Notes: a model not told the origin generated them from the letters alone. A stretch of 37,316 bases of DNA from an uncultured Muribaculaceae bacterium (GCA_964415015.1 CAYPXM010000003.1:3004-40319), one strand, 5' to 3'. Shown: positions 17,292-26,717, counted from the first letter of the stretch. Translations and numbers: made by a program.

Positions 17292-17314
17292 TTTTGCACA
17301 ATGATTGTGCAAAA
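17292..17314. repeat. palindrome copy 1: TTTTGCACAAT-G-ATTGTGCAAAA
   Basis: Perfect 11-bp arms around a single central G. It shares the TGCACAAT/ATTGTGCA core with copy 3. Confidence 0.8.
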
Positions 17315-17332
17315 TGGTGGTTAAATTAATAT

Positions 17333-17368
17333 AAAATGCACAGTTTTTTTAAAATACTGTGCATTTTT
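17333..17368. repeat. palindrome copy 2: AAAATGCACAG-N13-CTGTGCATTTT
   Basis: Perfect 11-bp arms with an A/T-only loop. The A-run/T-run flanks give it the look of a bidirectional terminator. Confidence 0.8.
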
Positions 17369-17423
17369 ATGAAAAATAATCTATAAAAATAACGATTACT
17401 ACCATTTTTTGACATAATATAAC

Positions 17424-17461
17424 AAAAAATGCACAATATATTGAATAAATTGTGCATTTTT
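17424..17461. repeat. palindrome copy 3: AAAAATGCACAAT-N11-ATTGTGCATTTTT
   Basis: Perfect 13-bp arms. A TTGACA hexamer (17409-17414) lies just upstream. Confidence 0.8.
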
Positions 17462-17526
17462 GTTTAATCTTTAAATTATTAATGATATATATGATGTGTT
17501 CGTGGGAATAAATAATTAGAAAGAAT

Positions 17527-17551
17527 CTCTAAACAATAGTTTAGAGTTTTT
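17527..17551 (+). terminator. rho-independent terminator-like hairpin upstream of the gltX promoter
   Basis: CTCTAAAC-AATA-GTTTAGAG hairpin followed by TTTTT. Confidence 0.6.
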
Positions 17552-17566
17552 AATTAATAATAATTA

Positions 17567-17575
17567 TGCTATAAT
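17567..17575 (+). promoter_or_regulatory. extended -10 promoter element for gltX
   Basis: TGCTATAAT lies 25 nt upstream of the gltX ATG, with AAGGAG in between. Confidence 0.5.
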
Positions 17576-17599
17576 ATAAAGCGATAAAGGAGTGTTTTT

Positions 17600-19246
17600 A
17601 TGACTAATAAAGATTTAGCAAATTTAATTTTTCCTAATATTAATAAAACTATTTTAGATTATGAAAAGATGTATCCAAGCCGTAATTTAGTTGATGGTGC
17701 TAAAGTTACTCGGTTTGCTCCAAGTCCGACGGGATTTGTACATATTGGTAACTTGTTTCAAGCCTTAACTGATTATTTTTTGGCTAAAAATAGTAATGGT
17801 ATTTTTTATTTGCGTAATGAAGATACTGATACAAAAAGAGAAGTTGATAGTGCTGTAGATAAAATTATGGAAGTATTAGATTATTCTCATTTACTACCAG
17901 ATGAATATGAATATAAAGATCAAGTAGTAGGTAATTATGGTCCTTATATTCAAAGTAAAAGAAAAGAAATTTATCATACTTTTATTAAGTATTTAATTGA
18001 AATAGGTCGAGCATATCCTTGTTTTTGTACAAAAGAAGATTTGGATATTATGCGTAAGAATCAAGAAGCTAATAAAGCAAGACTTGGTTATTATGGCCGT
18101 TATGCCCATTGTCGTAATTTAAGTATTGAAGAACAAATAGCAAAAATTAAAAATGGTGAAGAATACTGTATTCGTTTTAAATCAATGGGTAATTTTAATC
18201 ATAAAATTAAATTTAATGATTTAGTAACTGGAACCATTGAATTTCCGGAGAATGATTTAGATGTTATTATTATGAAATCTAACGATTTATTACCAACTTA
18301 TCATTTTGCTCATTTGGTCGATGATCACTTAATGCATACTACCCATGTTGTTCGTGGTGGTGAATGGTTATCAAGTGTACCAGTACACTATGAATTATTT
18401 CATACATTTAACTTTCAAATGCCTGAATATATTCATAATGCCTTACTTCTTAAACAAGAAGGGGATGTAAGAAGAAAAATATCTAAACGAAAAGATCCCG
18501 AAGCATTAATGACTTATTATATTGAAAAAGGTTATCCATATTTAGCAGTTATTGAATCATTAATGACGATATTAAATAGTAACTATGAAGAATGGCGAAT
18601 GAAAAATCCGGATGCTTCTTACTTAGAATTTAATTTTACTCCTAGTAAAATTAGTACTAGTGGAGCTTTATATGATTTAGAAAAATTAGATAATATATCA
18701 AAGAATATGATATCTAAAATGACTAAAGATGAAGTATATAGTGGATTACTTGAAAATACTTTAGTATATGATCAAGAATTTGCTCAAATAATTTCTAAGG
18801 ATGAAACATATACTAAAAATATCTTAAATATTGAACGAGAACAAAAGAAACCGCGAAAAGACTATGCCAATTTCTCTGATATAAAAAATTATATTTGGTA
18901 TATGTATGATGAACTATTTATTAATCCAAACTATGAATGGCAATCAATTACAGATATATCTGAAATTAAGAATATTGTTAATACTTATTTAAATAAATAT
19001 TATAGTGAATTAGATGATAAAGAAACTTGGTTTAATAAAGTTAAATTATTATGTGATGAAATGGGATTTTGTAGTGATATGAAGCAATATAAAGAAAATC
19101 CTGAAAATTATAAAGGTAGTGTAGCTGATGTATCAACTGTTATTCGAGTTGCTTTAACTAGTAAAGCTAATACGCCAGATTTATATGAACTATTAAAACT
19201 TATTGGTAAAGAAAGATTTATTAAACGAATAGAATTAATTAAATAG
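17600..19246 (+). CDS. gltX: glutamate--tRNA ligase (long, 548-aa form)
   Basis: Class I signature RFAPSPTGFVHIGN (HIGH), LRNEDTD, and the KMSKS equivalent KISKRK. Confidence 0.9.
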   Translation: MTNKDLANLIFPNINKTILDYEKMYPSRNLVDGAKVTRFAPSPTGFVHIGNLFQALTDYFLAKNSNGIFYLRNEDTDTKREVDSAVDKIMEVLDYSHLLPDEYEYKDQVVGNYGPYIQSKRKEIYHTFIKYLIEIGRAYPCFCTKEDLDIMRKNQEANKARLGYYGRYAHCRNLSIEEQIAKIKNGEEYCIRFKSMGNFNHKIKFNDLVTGTIEFPENDLDVIIMKSNDLLPTYHFAHLVDDHLMHTTHVVRGGEWLSSVPVHYELFHTFNFQMPEYIHNALLLKQEGDVRRKISKRKDPEALMTYYIEKGYPYLAVIESLMTILNSNYEEWRMKNPDASYLEFNFTPSKISTSGALYDLEKLDNISKNMISKMTKDEVYSGLLENTLVYDQEFAQIISKDETYTKNILNIEREQKKPRKDYANFSDIKNYIWYMYDELFINPNYEWQSITDISEIKNIVNTYLNKYYSELDDKETWFNKVKLLCDEMGFCSDMKQYKENPENYKGSVADVSTVIRVALTSKANTPDLYELLKLIGKERFIKRIELIK

Positions 19247-19256
19247 GAGAATAAAA

Positions 19257-19922
19257 ATGGAATTAGGATTATATTTATTAATTATCATTATTCCTGTAAT
19301 AGCCAGTATATTTATTAAAGTATCTTATAATAAATATAGTAATCAAGATAATGATATGAAGTTAACCGGTTATGATGTAGCAAGATTATACTTAGATAAT
19401 ACAGGATTAAATAATATTGATATTGTTGAAACTAGGGGAGAATTAAGTGATCACTATGACCCCAAAAGAAAAGTAGTAAGATTATCTACTAAAGTATATC
19501 ATGATTCTTCGATTGCTAGTATGGCAATTGCTGCTCATGAGTGTGGTCATGCTAATCAAGATAAAGATGGTTATTTACTGATGAAAATAAGAAGTTTATT
19601 GGTACCAGTAGTTAATTTATGTACCGGATTATCTTACATAATTATAATAATTGGAATTTTAGCTGAAGCGTTTAATATTATTTTAATTGGTATTTCACTT
19701 ACTGCTACAGGATTATTATTTCAACTGATTACGTTACCAGTAGAAATTAATGCTTCTAATAATGCTAAAAAAGAATTACAAAGATTAAATGTAGTATCTG
19801 ATAGTGATATCTCAGGAGTATCTAATATGTTATTTGCAGCTGCTATGACTTATGTTGCTGGAGTATTATCAAGTGCCTTACAAATACTAAGATTATTACT
19901 GGTATTTAATAGAAGAGATTAA
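19257..19922 (+). CDS. YugP-type membrane zinc metallopeptidase
   Basis: 221 aa with N- and C-terminal TM segments and an HECGHA zinc motif. Architecture resembles B. subtilis YugP (Zn_peptidase_2). Confidence 0.8.
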   Translation: MELGLYLLIIIIPVIASIFIKVSYNKYSNQDNDMKLTGYDVARLYLDNTGLNNIDIVETRGELSDHYDPKRKVVRLSTKVYHDSSIASMAIAAHECGHANQDKDGYLLMKIRSLLVPVVNLCTGLSYIIIIIGILAEAFNIILIGISLTATGLLFQLITLPVEINASNNAKKELQRLNVVSDSDISGVSNMLFAAAMTYVAGVLSSALQILRLLLVFNRRD

Positions 19923-19945
19923 AGTTACGTAAGTGACTTTTTTTA
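19922..19945 (+). terminator. rho-independent terminator
   Basis: AAGTTAC-GTAA-GTGACTT hairpin (one G-U pair) followed by a T-run. Confidence 0.6.
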
Positions 19946-19998
19946 ATTGCATAATTACTTTATTTGTACTATAATAAGCAATAAATTCAGGAGGATAT

Positions 19999-21528
19999 AT
20001 GAAAAAGAGTGAATTATTAGCATTACTAAAGTTATTTGATGAAAACAGTGTTATAAAACTTTTTTATGAATATTGTTTTAATAAAAAATTAACTTATAAA
20101 GAACTAGAGAGTATTAGTTCAGAGAAATTAATGAATATATTAAAAAGTGAAGAACCAACAATGGAATTACAAAGATATGTTATGTTGGAATTAAATGATG
20201 GATTACTTCCAAAAGAAATATATGATTTATTGGAAAGCTTTGAAAAAATAGACGATGTAACATATTATATTGCATATAATAAGGAACATCAAAAAAGACC
20301 AAATATATTAAAAGAGTTAGAGTTAATAAATCAAGGATTAAAATTTCCTATAAACGCATATTGGGTTATTGATGCTATTCTTTCGTTAACTAATGAAAAT
20401 AATATTATAAAGATATTGACTTCTGTACCAGACAATAAGCGTTTAGGGTCTTTATATAAAATATTTGATGCTAAAGCTAATCATCAACATACCGTTAAAA
20501 CACATGAAAATGAGTTTACAAATATAGGTATTGCTTTAATGAGTACTGATGATTGTAGTTTATATTATGATGTATTGATTAATATAGTATCTTTAGAAGA
20601 ATTACCGGAAGCATTTAAAAAAGTGGATAATGCACTAAAAAAGACAGATATAGTATCAAGCAGTATATATGATATTACTCGACTATTTAATTATGTAGTT
20701 GTTAAAAATATTATGGATTATAATCAAGCTATTTTATTTATTGATGATATAAACAAAATATTAAATAATTTTGAAAAAAGTAATAAACTAAAACGTGATT
20801 GTTTAATGAGATGTATTAGTTCTTCTGGTAAATACGATATTGAACTAATAAATCAAATTATGAATAGCGATAATGTATTAAAATTAGAATTATTTTATAA
20901 TTATTCAGATAAGTATAGAGACGAAAAATTTTCAAAAGATAAACTTAAATATATTCTTTCTTTAGAAGATTCATCATTCATCCTTTCAAAAATATCTCGT
21001 GATGTTTTTTTTCTAGAAAAATTACCACTTGATTTGTTTAAAAAAATAATTGTTCGAGAAGATTATGATAGTGTACTTGATTTATATTTAGAAATGCAAT
21101 ATGAATCCTGGAATATCCCTTTAAATGAATATTTAATTGAACATGGGGATTTGTATAACATCTTAAAAAAATTATCTAAAAAATCAATGACTATAAAGGA
21201 ATATCAAAAAATATTATCTTATAGTGGTAAAAACATTCAATTAGAAGATATAAAAGCATATTCCCTAGAAAATATTGATAAAGAAATATATGCAATTTTA
21301 TATACATATGATGTAATTATTAGTGATGATTATAAATATATGTATATTAAAGAAGATATTAAAATTGTTGATGATCCTAGTTATCGAATGGAATCACTAG
21401 AAAATATTTCTATTCCTAATTGTATGGAATACTATGACATGATTAACAGAATCAACATTAGCGATATTACTGATGATGAAGAAATAGATTTTACTAAAAA
21501 GTTAATACCGGTTAAAAAGCAAAATTAA
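19999..21528 (+). CDS. hypothetical protein (509 aa, predicted all-helical, cytoplasmic)
   Basis: Long ORF with an AGGAGG RBS, its own terminator (stem AAAGCAAAA/TTTTGCTTT at 21516-21543), no signal peptide or TM, and no recognisable motif. Confidence 0.75.
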   Translation: MKKSELLALLKLFDENSVIKLFYEYCFNKKLTYKELESISSEKLMNILKSEEPTMELQRYVMLELNDGLLPKEIYDLLESFEKIDDVTYYIAYNKEHQKRPNILKELELINQGLKFPINAYWVIDAILSLTNENNIIKILTSVPDNKRLGSLYKIFDAKANHQHTVKTHENEFTNIGIALMSTDDCSLYYDVLINIVSLEELPEAFKKVDNALKKTDIVSSSIYDITRLFNYVVVKNIMDYNQAILFIDDINKILNNFEKSNKLKRDCLMRCISSSGKYDIELINQIMNSDNVLKLELFYNYSDKYRDEKFSKDKLKYILSLEDSSFILSKISRDVFFLEKLPLDLFKKIIVREDYDSVLDLYLEMQYESWNIPLNEYLIEHGDLYNILKKLSKKSMTIKEYQKILSYSGKNIQLEDIKAYSLENIDKEIYAILYTYDVIISDDYKYMYIKEDIKIVDDPSYRMESLENISIPNCMEYYDMINRINISDITDDEEIDFTKKLIPVKKQN

Positions 21529-21544
21529 TACTTTTGCTTTTTTA

Positions 21545-21573
21545 TTGCTAAAATATTTTATTTATGATATATT
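21545..21573 (+). promoter_or_regulatory. promoter of the pheST leader
   Basis: TTGCTA at 21545-21550, 17-nt spacer, TG-A-TATATT with the -10 at 21568-21573. Confidence 0.5.
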
Positions 21574-21579
21574 AAGCCT

Positions 21580-21796
21580 AGTTAAGCGATGATTATACTA
21601 TTAAGTAATTTATTTATAAACCTAACTAGAAATTAAGTGCCATTGGCTGTAAGTACTTAAAGAAAATAAATAAATGAATTTCAGGTATATAGTTTACTCG
21701 GAGATTGACCGATATATCATAAATAGAGTGCTAGATTTCTAGAATTAGGGTGGTACCGCGGATAATATATTCGTCCCTATTTTTAGAATTTTTTTT
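21580..21796 (+). promoter_or_regulatory. T-box leader (Phe-specific) controlling pheS-pheT
   Basis: Conserved T-box core AATTAGGGTGGTACCGCG at 21743-21760. A GA/K-turn-like GCGATGA sits at 21586-21592. The candidate specifier UUC-A is at 21680-21683. A T-rich tract precedes pheS. Confidence 0.85.
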
Positions 21797-21811
21797 GTGG
21801 AGGGAAAAATT

Positions 21812-22867
21812 ATGGAAGAAAAATTAAGAAGTATATTAGATAATGCTAAGAATAAGTTATCTAATTGTACGAAAGAAGCTGATTTACTTAATATTAAAAG
21901 TGAATTACTTGGTAAAAATAGTGCATTACAAGAGCTTTTAACGGGGTTAAAAGATATGTCTATTGAAGATAAGAAAACATATGGATCAGTAATTAATAAT
22001 TTAAAAAATGAAATAAATGAGTTAATTACTAATAAAGCAAATGATATTGAACAAGCAAAAGTTAATGCTATTTTAGAAAAAGAAAGTGTTGATGTAACCT
22101 TACCGGCTACTAAAATAACTTCAGGAGCACCACATATTATCGAAAAAGTAATTGAGACTATTGAAGAAACTCTAATGAGTATGGGTTATGATGTATATGA
22201 TGGACCTGAAATTGAAGAAGATCGTTTTAATTTTGAATTATTAAATGTTCCTAAAGGACATCCGGCTAGAGATGCTCAAGATACTTTCTATGTTAAACGA
22301 GAAGAATTACTTCTTCGTAGTCAAACATCTGGGGTACAAGCCAGAGTAATGCTTGAAAATAATGGGGAGAAACCAATTAGAATGATTTGTCCTGGTAAAA
22401 CATATCGCCGGGATAGTGATGATGCTTCTCATAGTCATCAATTTACTCAAATTGAAGGATTATTAGTAGATAAAACAGCTAGTCTTACTGATTTAAAAGG
22501 AACGTTTGATATTATTGCTAAAAAGGTATTTGGGGATAAGGTTGAAACTCGTTTTCGTCCTAGTTATTATCCTTTTACTGAACCATCAGTTGAAACCGAT
22601 GTAAGTTGTTTCTCTTGTGGTGGTAGTGGTTGTCCAATATGTAAAAATACTGGTTGGATTACTATTAGTGGGGCTGGTATAGTACATCCTGATGTTCTAA
22701 GAAAATGTGGATATGATCCAGAAATATGGCATGGCTTTGCCTTTGGTTTTGGAGCAGAGCGAATGGCAATGTTAAAATATGGTATCAATGATATAAGAGC
22801 ATTCTATGAAAATGATTTAAGAGCAAATGCATTATTTGATCGAAAGGATAGTGATAATAATGATTAG
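21812..22867 (+). CDS. pheS: phenylalanine--tRNA ligase alpha subunit
   Basis: Class II motifs (HPARD..DTFY, FRPSYYPFTEPS, GFAFGFGAERMAML). ATG at 21812 follows a GGAGGG RBS (the track ORF starts at GTG 21797). Confidence 0.96.
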   Translation: MEEKLRSILDNAKNKLSNCTKEADLLNIKSELLGKNSALQELLTGLKDMSIEDKKTYGSVINNLKNEINELITNKANDIEQAKVNAILEKESVDVTLPATKITSGAPHIIEKVIETIEETLMSMGYDVYDGPEIEEDRFNFELLNVPKGHPARDAQDTFYVKREELLLRSQTSGVQARVMLENNGEKPIRMICPGKTYRRDSDDASHSHQFTQIEGLLVDKTASLTDLKGTFDIIAKKVFGDKVETRFRPSYYPFTEPSVETDVSCFSCGGSGCPICKNTGWITISGAGIVHPDVLRKCGYDPEIWHGFAFGFGAERMAMLKYGINDIRAFYENDLRANALFDRKDSDNND

Positions 22868-25232
22868 TTTAAATTGGGTTAAAGATTATCTTGATTTACA
22901 AAATGTTGATCTAAAAAAGTTAGCTGAAGAAACCACCAAAACTGGTGTTAATATTGAAAAAGTAATTACTAGTCATATCGATCACTTAGTAATTGGAGAA
23001 GTAACTGAAGTTATCGACCATCCTAATAGTGATCACCTACATATTTGCCAAGTTAATGTTGGTAGTGAGTCACTACAAATTGTATGTGGAGCCCCAAATG
23101 TAAGAAAAGATTTAAAAGTAATAGTGGCACTACCTGGTGCAGTATTACCTGGTGATTTTGTAATAAAAGTTGGTAAAATAAGAGATGTTGAATCAAATGG
23201 AATGATATGTGCTTTATTTGAACTTGGATTAGAAGAAAAAACGGAAGAAAACTATAATAAAGGAATTCATGAACTTGATAGTAATGCACCAGTTGGAAGT
23301 GACGCGCTTGCTTATTTAGGATTTGATGATACTTTTTATGAAGTAGATATTCATAAACATCGTAATAATGATTGTTATTATCATATTGGTTTTGCTTATC
23401 TTTTAGGAACTATTCTTAATAAAGAAGTTAAATTACCAGAAATGACTTACAGCGAAATAACTGATAATGTTAATAACTATATTAAATTAGATGTTAAAAC
23501 AAATAAATGCCCATATTATATTGGTAAAATGGTTAAAAATGTGGTTATTAAAGAATCCCCTGAGTTTATTAAAAAGAGACTATTAGCAGTAGGGATGAGA
23601 CCTATTAATAATGTCGTTGATATTAGTAACTATGTCATGCTTGAATATGGTCAACCAATGCATTTCTTTGATTATGATAAATTAGGTGGTAATGTATTAG
23701 TTAGAGATGCAATAGATACTGAAGTAATAAAAACATTAGATGGTGTAGAGAGAATATTAACTAAAGATGATATTGTAATTACTAATGGCGATAAACCAGT
23801 ATGTATTGCAGGTGTTATGGGTGGATTTAATACTGAAATAACTGATGATACTAAAACTATCTTTATAGAAAGTGCTATTTTTGATCCTATTAGTATTAGA
23901 AATACAGCTAATCGACTTAATTTAAAAAGTGAAGCATCAATTCGTTATGGTAAAGGATTAAACTATGAATTTACTGAGAATGCAATAAATAGAGCTTGTT
24001 ATTTACTAGAGAAATATGCTGATGCAACTATCTTAACCGATACAGTAATGCATGATAACTTAGATAAAACACCAAAAGTTATTACATTTAGTCCATTGAG
24101 TGTTAATAGTATCCTAGGTATTAATATAACTCCAGAAGATATGGCTAAAGAATTAAGAAGATTACATTTTAATTTTGATTATAAAGATGGTAATTTTATT
24201 GCTACTATTCCTAATTATCGTTTAGATATGGAATTAAATGTAAATGATATAGCAGAAGAAATAGGTCGGTTATATGGATATCATAATTTAATATCTACTA
24301 CTCCAGTATTACCTGTTAAAAAAGGAGAATATAAAGGAGATGTAGGATTAAAAAAACAAATATCTAAACGATTACGTTCGCTTCTTTTAAACGAAGTTAA
24401 GACATATACTTTAACAAGCATGGAAATGTCTAATACTTTTAAATATGATGATAAAGATGGTTTATTATTACCAAATCCAATGAGTAATGATAAATCAGTG
24501 ATAAGAAATACAATCTTACCATCATTAATAAATGTGTTTAACTATAATAAAGCAAGAAAAGTAAATGATATAAATATATATGAAATAAGTAAAACTTATG
24601 ATAGTAATTTAGTAGAAGATACTAAAATAGCTTTACTATTAAGTGGAAATTATATTGTTAATAACTGGCAACATAGTGGTCTTAAAGTAGATTTCTTTCT
24701 AGTTAAAGGCATAGTGGAAAACTTACTTGATTATCTTGGTTATAAGAATAGATATAGTTTTGTTAAAAATAATATTAATGATTTACATCCTGGTATAGGG
24801 GCTAATATAATATTAGATAAAGAAAATATTGGTATTATTGGTCGTGTTCATACGAATATTACTAAAGATGAAGTTTATGTAGTAGAATTATCATTAAATG
24901 CCTTAAATAAGCCCGTTAAAGCATTAAAGTATAAAGAACCGAATAAATACCCAGAAATTAAGAAAGACATGGCATTTGTGGTTAAAAATGATATTACAGC
25001 CAATGACATCATAAATGAAATAAAACATAGTGGTGGTAGATTATTAACTAATATTGATATCTTTGATGTATATACTGGTACTAATGTATTAGAAGGAACA
25101 AAATCAATTGCCTTTAATTTAACATTTAGTGACACTAGTAGAACATTAAGTGATGAAGAAGTAACTAAAGTATTTAATAATATAATTAGTAATGTTACAA
25201 CTAAATTTAATGCTGAATTAAGAGATAAATAG
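22860..25232 (+). CDS. pheT: phenylalanine--tRNA ligase beta subunit
   Basis: MISLNWVKDYLDL N-terminus with the tRNA-binding, B3/4, B5 and FDX-ACB regions recognisable. The ATG overlaps the pheS stop (the track ORF starts at 22827). Confidence 0.96.
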   Translation: MISLNWVKDYLDLQNVDLKKLAEETTKTGVNIEKVITSHIDHLVIGEVTEVIDHPNSDHLHICQVNVGSESLQIVCGAPNVRKDLKVIVALPGAVLPGDFVIKVGKIRDVESNGMICALFELGLEEKTEENYNKGIHELDSNAPVGSDALAYLGFDDTFYEVDIHKHRNNDCYYHIGFAYLLGTILNKEVKLPEMTYSEITDNVNNYIKLDVKTNKCPYYIGKMVKNVVIKESPEFIKKRLLAVGMRPINNVVDISNYVMLEYGQPMHFFDYDKLGGNVLVRDAIDTEVIKTLDGVERILTKDDIVITNGDKPVCIAGVMGGFNTEITDDTKTIFIESAIFDPISIRNTANRLNLKSEASIRYGKGLNYEFTENAINRACYLLEKYADATILTDTVMHDNLDKTPKVITFSPLSVNSILGINITPEDMAKELRRLHFNFDYKDGNFIATIPNYRLDMELNVNDIAEEIGRLYGYHNLISTTPVLPVKKGEYKGDVGLKKQISKRLRSLLLNEVKTYTLTSMEMSNTFKYDDKDGLLLPNPMSNDKSVIRNTILPSLINVFNYNKARKVNDINIYEISKTYDSNLVEDTKIALLLSGNYIVNNWQHSGLKVDFFLVKGIVENLLDYLGYKNRYSFVKNNINDLHPGIGANIILDKENIGIIGRVHTNITKDEVYVVELSLNALNKPVKALKYKEPNKYPEIKKDMAFVVKNDITANDIINEIKHSGGRLLTNIDIFDVYTGTNVLEGTKSIAFNLTFSDTSRTLSDEEVTKVFNNIISNVTTKFNAELRDK

Positions 25233-25245
25233 TTATCTCTTTTTT
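25221..25245 (+). terminator. rho-independent terminator after pheT
   Basis: AGAGATAA-ATAG-TTATCTCT hairpin followed by a T-run. Confidence 0.7.
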
Positions 25246-25252
25246 ATTACAT

Positions 25253-25279
25253 AAAAAAATAATGGCAACGCCATTATTT
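25253..25279 (-). terminator. rho-independent terminator of the minus-strand operon
   Basis: 10-bp stem AAATAATGGC/GCCATTATTT. The A-run on the plus strand is a T-run on the minus strand. It lies immediately after the stop at 25281. Confidence 0.65.
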
Positions 25280-25280
25280 A

Positions 25281-26717
25281 TTAATTTGTAACTGTTCTTG
25301 TTTTACCAGTTTTTACCCAACCACTTAAAGTAGTTTGAGAATTCCATGTATATGTAATAGTTAAAGTACATTTAGTCCATTTCTTTGCTTTAACAATTTC
25401 ATCATTATTAGTTTTATAACAATATTCACCATTTAAAGCAAATCCAGTAGGACAAGTATATCCAATAAATTCTTTATTTTGTGCTTTAGTGCAAGTATTA
25501 TTACTCTTATTATAAGTATAACTTGAATCACTACAATAGAAAGTATCATCAGTCTTAACTGTTTTATAACATATCATTGAAGCACCACTACCAGAAGAAA
25601 GGTATCCAGTTGGACAACTATATACTTTAGCAGTACTATATGATGGAGTACCATATTCAGTACTTGATGTATAACATGTTGAACCACCATTATTACTTCC
25701 ACCGTTAGGACAGTCATATGTAGTTACTATATTTCTTTTATATATACGATAAGTATAAGTAATAACTATACCAGGACAATTAGATGAACTAGTACATACA
25801 TATTTACTAGATGAACCAGTTAATTCATACTTAGTAGTATCATTACCAGTTAATCCTCTTGTAGATGATGTAGATCCAGCACCATACCATGCTCCATAAC
25901 CTTTACTACTACGAGCAGGATATGAACCATTAACATTTTTAGCACAACTATTATTTACATCTCCACCATTAGGACAACTTACAGTAGTAGCGCCATTACT
26001 TTCAATAACCGCAGCATATTCAGTTTTAGTATCACCAACAACTCGAACTGGAGTCATAGTAAGTACTTTACTTTCTGAATATTGTTTTGTGGCATTAATC
26101 TTAGTATCTTCAGTATATTTAACACAGTTAGTTCCTACTAATGAATAACCAGCCTCACAAATATAACTAGTATCTTTAATAACTCTTTCTTTCTTATATT
26201 GATATTGAACATAACTAGTTTGTTTTGTAGTTGTTTCTTCCTTCTTAGTTGTTTCTTCTTTTTTAGTAGTACTTTTCTTATCAGTAGTACAAACGCAATT
26301 ATTATTTGTACATACATTATAACATCCAATTGTATCTAAGATAAAATCAGACTCATTACCACAAGTTAAATCAATTCGTAATTGATATTCTTGATCAGTA
26401 ATTTTAGTTACTTTTACATAACTTTTATTTACATCACAAGCTTTATTATCTAAATCTTTTAATTCTCTTATAATATTTTTTTCAATCATCTCACGAAGAG
26501 TCATACTAGTAGAATCACCAATATTTTTTGGTAAACGATCTACGGTATAATAACTCTTAGCGGCATTTTGAAAACTATTAAAGTTATCACCAAAATTAGA
26601 ATTATTTGAAATGTTTTTATTTGGCATTGGAAATATCCATACTAGTACAAGTACAAATACAAAAATGGTAAGTGCACTAATAGCTAATTTTAACCAATTA
26701 ATTCTTTTTGTTTCCAT
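25281..26717 (-). CDS. membrane-anchored, cysteine-module-rich surface protein, hypothetical (478 aa)
   Basis: N-terminal TM anchor (WLKLAISALTIFVFVLVLVWIF), a juxtamembrane two-Cys domain, a TKKEET-repeat linker, then at least 7 short two-Cys modules such as YSCPTGYLSSGSGASMICYKT and YTCPTGFALNGEYCYKT. AGGGGGA RBS. Confidence 0.8.
   Translation of the reverse strand: METKRINWLKLAISALTIFVFVLVLVWIFPMPNKNISNNSNFGDNFNSFQNAAKSYYTVDRLPKNIGDSTSMTLREMIEKNIIRELKDLDNKACDVNKSYVKVTKITDQEYQLRIDLTCGNESDFILDTIGCYNVCTNNNCVCTTDKKSTTKKEETTKKEETTTKQTSYVQYQYKKERVIKDTSYICEAGYSLVGTNCVKYTEDTKINATKQYSESKVLTMTPVRVVGDTKTEYAAVIESNGATTVSCPNGGDVNNSCAKNVNGSYPARSSKGYGAWYGAGSTSSTRGLTGNDTTKYELTGSSSKYVCTSSSNCPGIVITYTYRIYKRNIVTTYDCPNGGSNNGGSTCYTSSTEYGTPSYSTAKVYSCPTGYLSSGSGASMICYKTVKTDDTFYCSDSSYTYNKSNNTCTKAQNKEFIGYTCPTGFALNGEYCYKTNNDEIVKAKKWTKCTLTITYTWNSQTTLSGWVKTGKTRTVTN

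Noticed and set aside
17292-17461. The three TGCACA palindromes interpreted as operators of a dimeric transcription factor (CRP/FNR- or Rex-like).
   Set aside because: Half-site spacing differs greatly (1, 13 and 11 nt), and the arms do not match the CRP/FNR (TTGAT-N4-ATCAA) or Rex (TTGTGAA-N4-TTCACAA) consensus. A hairpin or repeat-element interpretation fits better. The observation is kept as a finding without a factor assignment.
17482-17511. 9-codon mini-ORF (MIYMMCSWE) just upstream of the 17527-17551 hairpin, considered as a leader peptide for attenuation of gltX.
   Set aside because: It has no Shine-Dalgarno sequence and no enrichment of Glu codons. The gltX extended -10 element lies downstream of the hairpin, so the hairpin cannot attenuate that transcript.
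22567-25135. Minus-strand ORFs 22567-22788, 23053-23289 and 24875-25135 inside pheS/pheT.
   Set aside because: They are antisense to highly conserved aminoacyl-tRNA synthetase genes, and they have no RBS and no recognisable product. These are shadow ORFs typical of AT-rich DNA.
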